DNA of 64,000 nt from positions 1 through 64,000 of the forward strand of contig CDMY01000982.1 of assembly GCA_001179505.1 (NCBI GenBank), read 5' to 3'. Positions 58,606-64,000 of the stretch are shown here, one piece after another. The notes under the pieces were generated by a model. That model ran no database searches. It saw only the letters and a list, made by a program, of their open reading frames with translations, and was not told the origin of the DNA. This DNA comes from Vitrella brassicaformis CCMP3155 (Eukaryota; Protista; Chromerida). How positions within the stretch are numbered: the first letter of the stretch is position 1; each line of letters opens with the position of its first letter. Made by a program: the position numbers and the translations under genes.

Positions 58606-60407
58606 CTAGTCTTCGTGGTGCTTGAATGCCCAGTCTTCTGGCGAGCCGTCCTTGTCTGCCAAGTGCTTCAGCCTTGTGATGCGAACGCCTGTAGACACAC
58701 ACACACACACACGGAGACACACGTGTTTCCATCACCATGTCAATCTCCCATATGTGGGCACCCACCAGGGGTTGCTTGCCGCGTACTCGTCCACATTCGC
58801 TGCCTGCGCGCGCGCAATGCCGTCAAAGTTGTTGATGGCTTCGCTCCTCAGATGTGTCCGTGCTCGAAAAATGGCCCTCTTCTCTTCGGCTACCTCGGCC
58901 TTCTCAATTTGGTCCACCATATTATCGGTCTGCTTCATCGAATCATCAGCTGCACACCAAACAGAGAAACGGAGCAAAACAGAGATGCACGTGCACATTT
59001 GATGGCAGGCAGCCATTCTTAGCCCTGACTGAGTTCGTTGGCCGTGTCTTCGCGCCCAAATGGCTTCAAATCATGAAAGGGCAGGTTGATGTCTGTGGCA
59101 AAGCCGCCTTCGGGGGGGCCCATGTTATGTCTGGGCGGCTCCTGTGTGGGCGCTGTGGTAGATGCATATGCGCCTGCTGCGGCGTTGGACCTCTCTGAAG
59201 GGCATCGACGCTTGTTGTGTATTATGATCATCCCACACAAATAGTGAATGTCTCCTTACCGTCCTCGAGATCCTGCGGCGCAGGCAGATGACAATAGATA
59301 AGGTGGTGCGTGTCATGAAAACCCCCTTGATGCCCGGCCCCACTACCTTTTGCAGTTTATGTATTTTGCTGACAATCTCCTCCTCTGACTCCTCCACGGC
59401 AGCTGACGCGGTACGCACAGATCCAGCATCCTTTGTGTGTGTCCACGTTTTGTGTACCCGTGGTGGGTGAAGGTTCAGTGGTGACGATGGGCGGTGGAAT
59501 GGAAGTCACCGTATCTTCCGCCTTCTCCTTTTCGGCCTTGGCCTCCTTCAGCTCCTGCACGACGCAACACGTCACAAGTCACCAAGGCATTCCCAGCATG
59601 TGGCTGGATTCCTGTCTACCTCTTCCAGCTTGGCGATTTTGGCTTTCTGCTCGCCCTCCTTCTTGCCCTCCTCTGCTGCTGATACACACACGGGCCAACA
59701 ACAGATGGATGAGTGTGTGTCCGTTTCCTTATCCTTCCGCTCTCCTCACCTGGTGGCACCGATGTGAACTGAGGAGGAGGGGTTGTAACCGGCTCGATGA
59801 TCGCCGCTGTGGTGATGGGTGTCGTTGCTCCCGTTTCCGCATCGGGGGCAAGGGCCGCTGTGGTGGGATCATCTGCCTCAGCCTGAAGAACACACACGAG
59901 AGCCATACCGAGGAAGCGTCAGATACTCGTCATTTCTTGCCCCCGGTGCGCCAGTATTGATGGGCGAAGGAGGCGTAGAAGTGGAAGGACCCTGGCCAGA
60001 CTCTGAGCAGATGCAAAAGTCACCACAAAGTCCTGAGGACGTCCTTCCTCTTGCCTACTTGCGATGAGGGCTGCCTGCATTGGGCCGGGTGCAAATGTGG
60101 TTGACCACTCTCCTTCAGGGGGCGGTGGCGACGGTGAGAGCGATGACCACGGGTCACCCGTCGGGTCATCCCCGTGCCGGGACCCTGCATATTGAATGGC
60201 ATGATCTGATCTGCCTTGTGGCCTCTGATTAATGCGCTCACTGGCGATAAGGACGGCCTTCTTGTTGTGCGTGACGCGTTGTTTGCCGACGGCTTTTCGG
60301 TTCTTGTGCTGGTGGCGATGGTGGCCTTCTTCCACAGATGACGCGAAAGCCGCTCCGCTGACAAGGGCGGTGACGGTGAAAAGGAAGAGGCTGATAAAGC
60401 AGATCAT
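58606..60407 (-). CDS. Hypothetical secreted protein with a Thr/Pro-rich middle and a conserved-looking helical C-terminal domain, multi-exon
   Basis: Signal peptide MICFISLFLFTVTALVSG, His/Lys-rich segment, mucin-like TTPITT/TTEPSPTT exons, then HDLKPFGREDTANEL and DSMKQTDNMVDQIEKAEVAEEKRAIFRARTHLRSEAINNFDGIARAQAANVDEY. Some internal phases and the last exon are unresolved. Confidence 0.65.
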
Positions 60408-60700
60408 GGCTGGCCTGCCGCCCGCGATGCGTTTACAAATGCATGTAAACACATATAAACCTACAGGAAGCATACAGAGAGAGAGACGTCCACACACCAT
60501 TCCAGTCACACAGTTGACAGTTGGTGCAGGTGTGCGTCTCTCTTCTCAAAGTCCATCCCGCCGCATGCCACCTGCGGTTTGGAAGTCGAGTCGCCGTAGG
60601 TGGAATTCGAAAAGGTTTGCATTCACGTGGATGTGACACCAACACGCAACATGCATGATGTCTCCCTTGATAGAACATTCGATCATGCAGCTCTGCTGGC

Positions 60701-62064
60701 TCACACTTCTGTTTCCTTCCCTCTTCCTCGAATCTTCTCTTCAGTTTCTTTCTTGTCCTCAAACACGTCCTCTTCCATCTCTGTCTCAGTGGCCGTGTCT
60801 TCCATCTGCTCCAGCAGCCTCTCAGCCCATTCCTTGAAGCCGAACGCCTCTCCGCCCCCCTCGCCAATGGTTGCCACCTTGCTTATGTCGCCAAGCAGCC
60901 AATCGAGCATGTCTCGATCGTACATGTAGCCAGTATTCACCTCCCACGTTGAGATGCCCTCTCCCTTCCTTTCTGGCGGGAGGGTGGCAGTGAACTCCTC
61001 GGTGATCTTGTTGGGACACACGACGGGCGTCTCGTCTGCGTGCGGTCTGGCGATGAGCTGGCTGAGGTACATTGAGCTGAGAAGCGCGTAGGGCATTGTC
61101 TCGTCGTTCAGGTCGTATCGGCAGCCCTTGAGGAATGCGCGGTAGAGGTCGTGGACAGGAGTCTTGCTTCTGCGGTTGATGGTGCCGCCGATGGCTTGGA
61201 AGATTGCAGGGGAGACGGTCAAGCGCATCTCGCCGGCCGCCATGTCGTCGTGGGCCTCCTTCAGTTCGGTTGCCTTTTTGGCCACAAAAAGGAGACCTGC
61301 ATGGTTCCAACACAACTAGTGATCGTGTTGAAAGACAGGCGCCGATTGTCTCTCGTCCGTTCTTACGCTCGGCCCTTCGCTGCTCCTCCTTCTGCTGAGC
61401 CAGCCGATTCAACAGATCAGTGTACAGAGTCAGAAGTTTCTTCCTTCCTGCAGCCTGTGTGAGCCCAAGGAACAACGAGAAGAATAAAGGCAGTGAGTGA
61501 CCAGTCGAATGGATGCATGGTGTCACACCGACCGACCTGAAGCCGACCGGCTTTTGGGAGGAATTGCTCAGTTTTCAGCTTTCTGAAATGCTGGTCTATC
61601 ACTGCACACACACATAAAAGAAAGCGATATATGCCATCGTTGTGGGTGTCATCACGCACGACGTACACACGCACTCCTCAGAACGTCTTCGTCTTTGGTC
61701 ACGGGCTTGATCATGTAGCCGGGAATCGGCTTGAAAGGCTTCTTTGGGACGCCCACTTGTGCCTTTGCCGCCGCAGCTATCTTCTGCACCCCGGTCTTTT
61801 GCGATGGCAGCCGGCCCACCGCTCTCGCCTTCTTGACATACCTGCCGACACAGGCGGAAGACATGCAGCTCATGGCGCACCGTGTGACTTCCTTCCTACT
61901 TGGCGAGTTTGTACATAAGCATCAGCTGCATGAGGATCGGAAGACACGCAAAGCAAGAGACACTCACTCCACTCACTCGCTCACGAGTGCATGATATGTT
62001 GAGCGTCAAGTCATACCTCTTCCTCATAGATGAGATGCGAGGACTCCGATGCGTCTCTCGCCAT
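60701..62064 (-). CDS. Hypothetical protein, multi-exon
   Basis: MARDASESSHLIYEEE|LMLMYKLAK|YVKKARAVGRLPSQK...|VIDQHFRKLKTEQFLPKAGRLQ|...KKLLTLYTDLLNRLAQQKEEQRR...| then a roughly 200-codon final exon with an acidic C-terminus. The start choice is uncertain. Confidence 0.6.
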
Positions 62065-62322
62065 CAACGAATGAGAGCCAAGCCCTGCATGCAATTCCAT
62101 GACATACACGCACCAACCTTGACACGCACAAGTCGTTAATATGATGGTGCTCTTCTCACCAGTGCTGCCGCACAGCGCAAGGCTTAGGACGCATGTCAGC
62201 CACAGATCCCTCGGGAACAACAGCATCGCGAGAGACTGCCGTGCCAGTGGATGGCCCTGTCGTGGGGGCTAACGGGGGGCGGAAAAGACTCCGAGTCAGG
62301 TTCGCGGGAAGCTTGAAGACAG

Positions 62323-64000
62323 ATGGCCTCTCCTCTTGGCAAGTTGAGCATCCGTGTCCGCAACAAGGCCCTATCGAGAGCCCATGTTCGTGTGGTGGAG
62401 GCGAGGGAGCGGAAGACAGTCGAGCAGGAGCTCGAGAAGGCCGTGGAAAAGGGGGAGAAGATGGAGCGGGGGGGTGGAGTCACGGCTGGGTTTGGCGGCG
62501 TTGAGATTGGACTGGAGGCAAACAGAGGCACAGAAATACGTGCGTGAGCATCGCCATGATCAGCACACAAAGGGCCTCTCAGTCTGCATCAATTGATTGT
62601 TCAGGTGAGAAGACAGAGGAGAAGAGCTTCGTTCGCATCGAGTATGGCAAGCTGAAGGAGTCAAGCGACTGGTGAGACAGATAGACGCTGAATGCCTAGC
62701 ACAAAAGACAGCTGTGTCTTTTTGTGAATCATATCATGTACAAGGACGACGATTGATCCCGGCAGAGACGCCACTTTGTCGAGTTTCGAATGGACCTACA
62801 TCTCTATTGTGATTGGTTCGTTCTGACAGCAACCAAGATGATCCATCAGGCGCCATTGTCACATTGGAATGCCTCTGTCGCAGAAGACTCCGCCTATCAG
62901 CTGCTCAACCAACTCATACACCCAGAAGAGCACCCCAATGGCATCGCAATCATAAGGGTGAGGCGAACCCACTACTGCAGATGCAGAACCATTCCAGCCA
63001 TCGTGCTGTCTGTTCGGCACAGGCCAACCCCCCATATGTTTCGCTTCTGGCCGAGACCATCGAGGCGGCGAATATCGAGGCCAAAGAGGCAGCCTTTCGC
63101 CTGAACAATGTCGCCACAAAGCTTGTTTTGACATCGAAAAGCATGGCTCGTGGTGTGTCAGTCGGACTCGAAAAGAAGAAAGGGCGGGAGGCACATGAGG
63201 AGGCCGACGCCTCGCAGCTGTGGATTTGGCAGATGGACACTTTCTGCCCGAAGGACGCTTTCCGTCTGGTGCCGAAGGCTTTCCCTGACAAGACACTGGC
63301 GGTGAGCCCATTGATGGGCAACAAGCTTGTTGTCGCCTCGCCAACGGCCAAGACAGACGCCATGAACACCAAGGGAGAGGCGAAATTCGAGCAGTGGATC
63401 ATGGAGACAGCCGAGATGCAAGACATCTTCCAGCCAATGGCAGGAGCCCTGTGTGGCTCGCTGTGCTGCCAGCCCTCCAAGGAACAGCTGCTCGTGTCGC
63501 CCGACATTCAATTCGAGCAGGGGAATGAGGAGAGGCGGGGGAGCAGCAAGTTTGATGACGAGACGGTGAGCCTCAAGTGTGTCGGTCTGCCGGATTGTGT
63601 GGTGGGTGTCAAGACCTCCGGCAATATCAAGAGTCTGGTGCTGATGAAGAAAGACAGGGGGGTCCCAATGGAGGCCCTGTGGTGTTGCAGCCAGCCAACC
63701 AAAACAGTCAGCACCAGCTATGGCAGCCAGCGATACTACTTTATTATGCTTTACTTGCAGGTCAGCCTTTTCGAAGCTTGTGCGGAGGGTCATAAGGAAG
63801 CTGTGCTGCAAATAATCAAAGCCAAAGGCATAAAGTGCTTGCAGGAAGCCGACGAGGTGAGACACAGCTGTACGACACGTGCTTCATCTACAATGGGGCG
63901 AGCATTGGTGTTCGGTGGGTGAATTGCAGGAAGGATTCACACCGCTGCACTACGCCGCCCAAAATGGCCATGAGGACATCTGCAGAGACATTGTGCTTAA
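62323..64000 (+). CDS. Ankyrin-repeat protein with a putative ricin-B-like beta-trefoil domain; 3' end runs off the window; possible frameshift near 62765
   Basis: MASPLGKLSIRVRNK...GGGVTAGFGGVEIGLEANRGTEI|REKTEEKSFVRIEYGKL. Long exon with SQLWIWQ, FRLVPKAFPDKTLAV, FEQWIME, CVVGV...LVL...ALW. Then SLFEACAEGHKEAVLQIIKAKG...EADE|EGFTPLHYAAQNGHEDICRDIVL (ankyrin TPLHxAA motif). Confidence 0.65.

Noticed and set aside
62193-62504. 103-aa ATG ORF overlapping the start of the ankyrin gene
   Set aside because: The alternative frame starting at 62323 splices in frame to downstream exons and looks more protein-like. This ORF is at most a uORF.

Overview
Eukaryotic, GC-rich, gene-dense and intron-rich genomic DNA. 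Introns are short GT-AG introns full of (ACAG)n, (TGTC)n, (TG)n and (GATG)n microsatellites. The style resembles a chromerid alveolate such as Vitrella brassicaformis; this is an inference, not a verified assignment. Recognisable genes: RNA Pol III subunit RPC3/C82, mitochondrial intermediate peptidase (M3A), FAM50/XAP5, an exostosin-family GT47 glycosyltransferase, a three-repeat MYB factor, Sec61-gamma, a 16.6-kb BLTP1/KIAA1109/Csf1-type lipid-transfer gene and a Nudix hydrolase. Around them lie several hypothetical genes, many arranged head-to-head with 110-270 bp spacers. The most intriguing items are: (1) two small secreted precursors (a 6-Cys peptide and an Asp/Tyr-rich acidic peptide) sharing a signal peptide / phase-1 intron / SLR / RxLQ layout; (2) a roughly 270-bp dispersed repeat present once empty and once interrupted by a 418-bp insert flanked by a 13-bp direct repeat, with the two copies bracketing a frameshifted gene remnant; (3) a decayed ankyrin plus kinase locus; (4) a gene running off the right edge with a putative beta-trefoil (ricin-B-like) domain and ankyrin repeats; (5) short motifs shared between upstream regions of unrelated genes. 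No rRNA, tRNA or CRISPR array was seen. All gene models were spliced and translated by eye and family calls come from remembered motifs, so they need RNA-seq and HMM confirmation.
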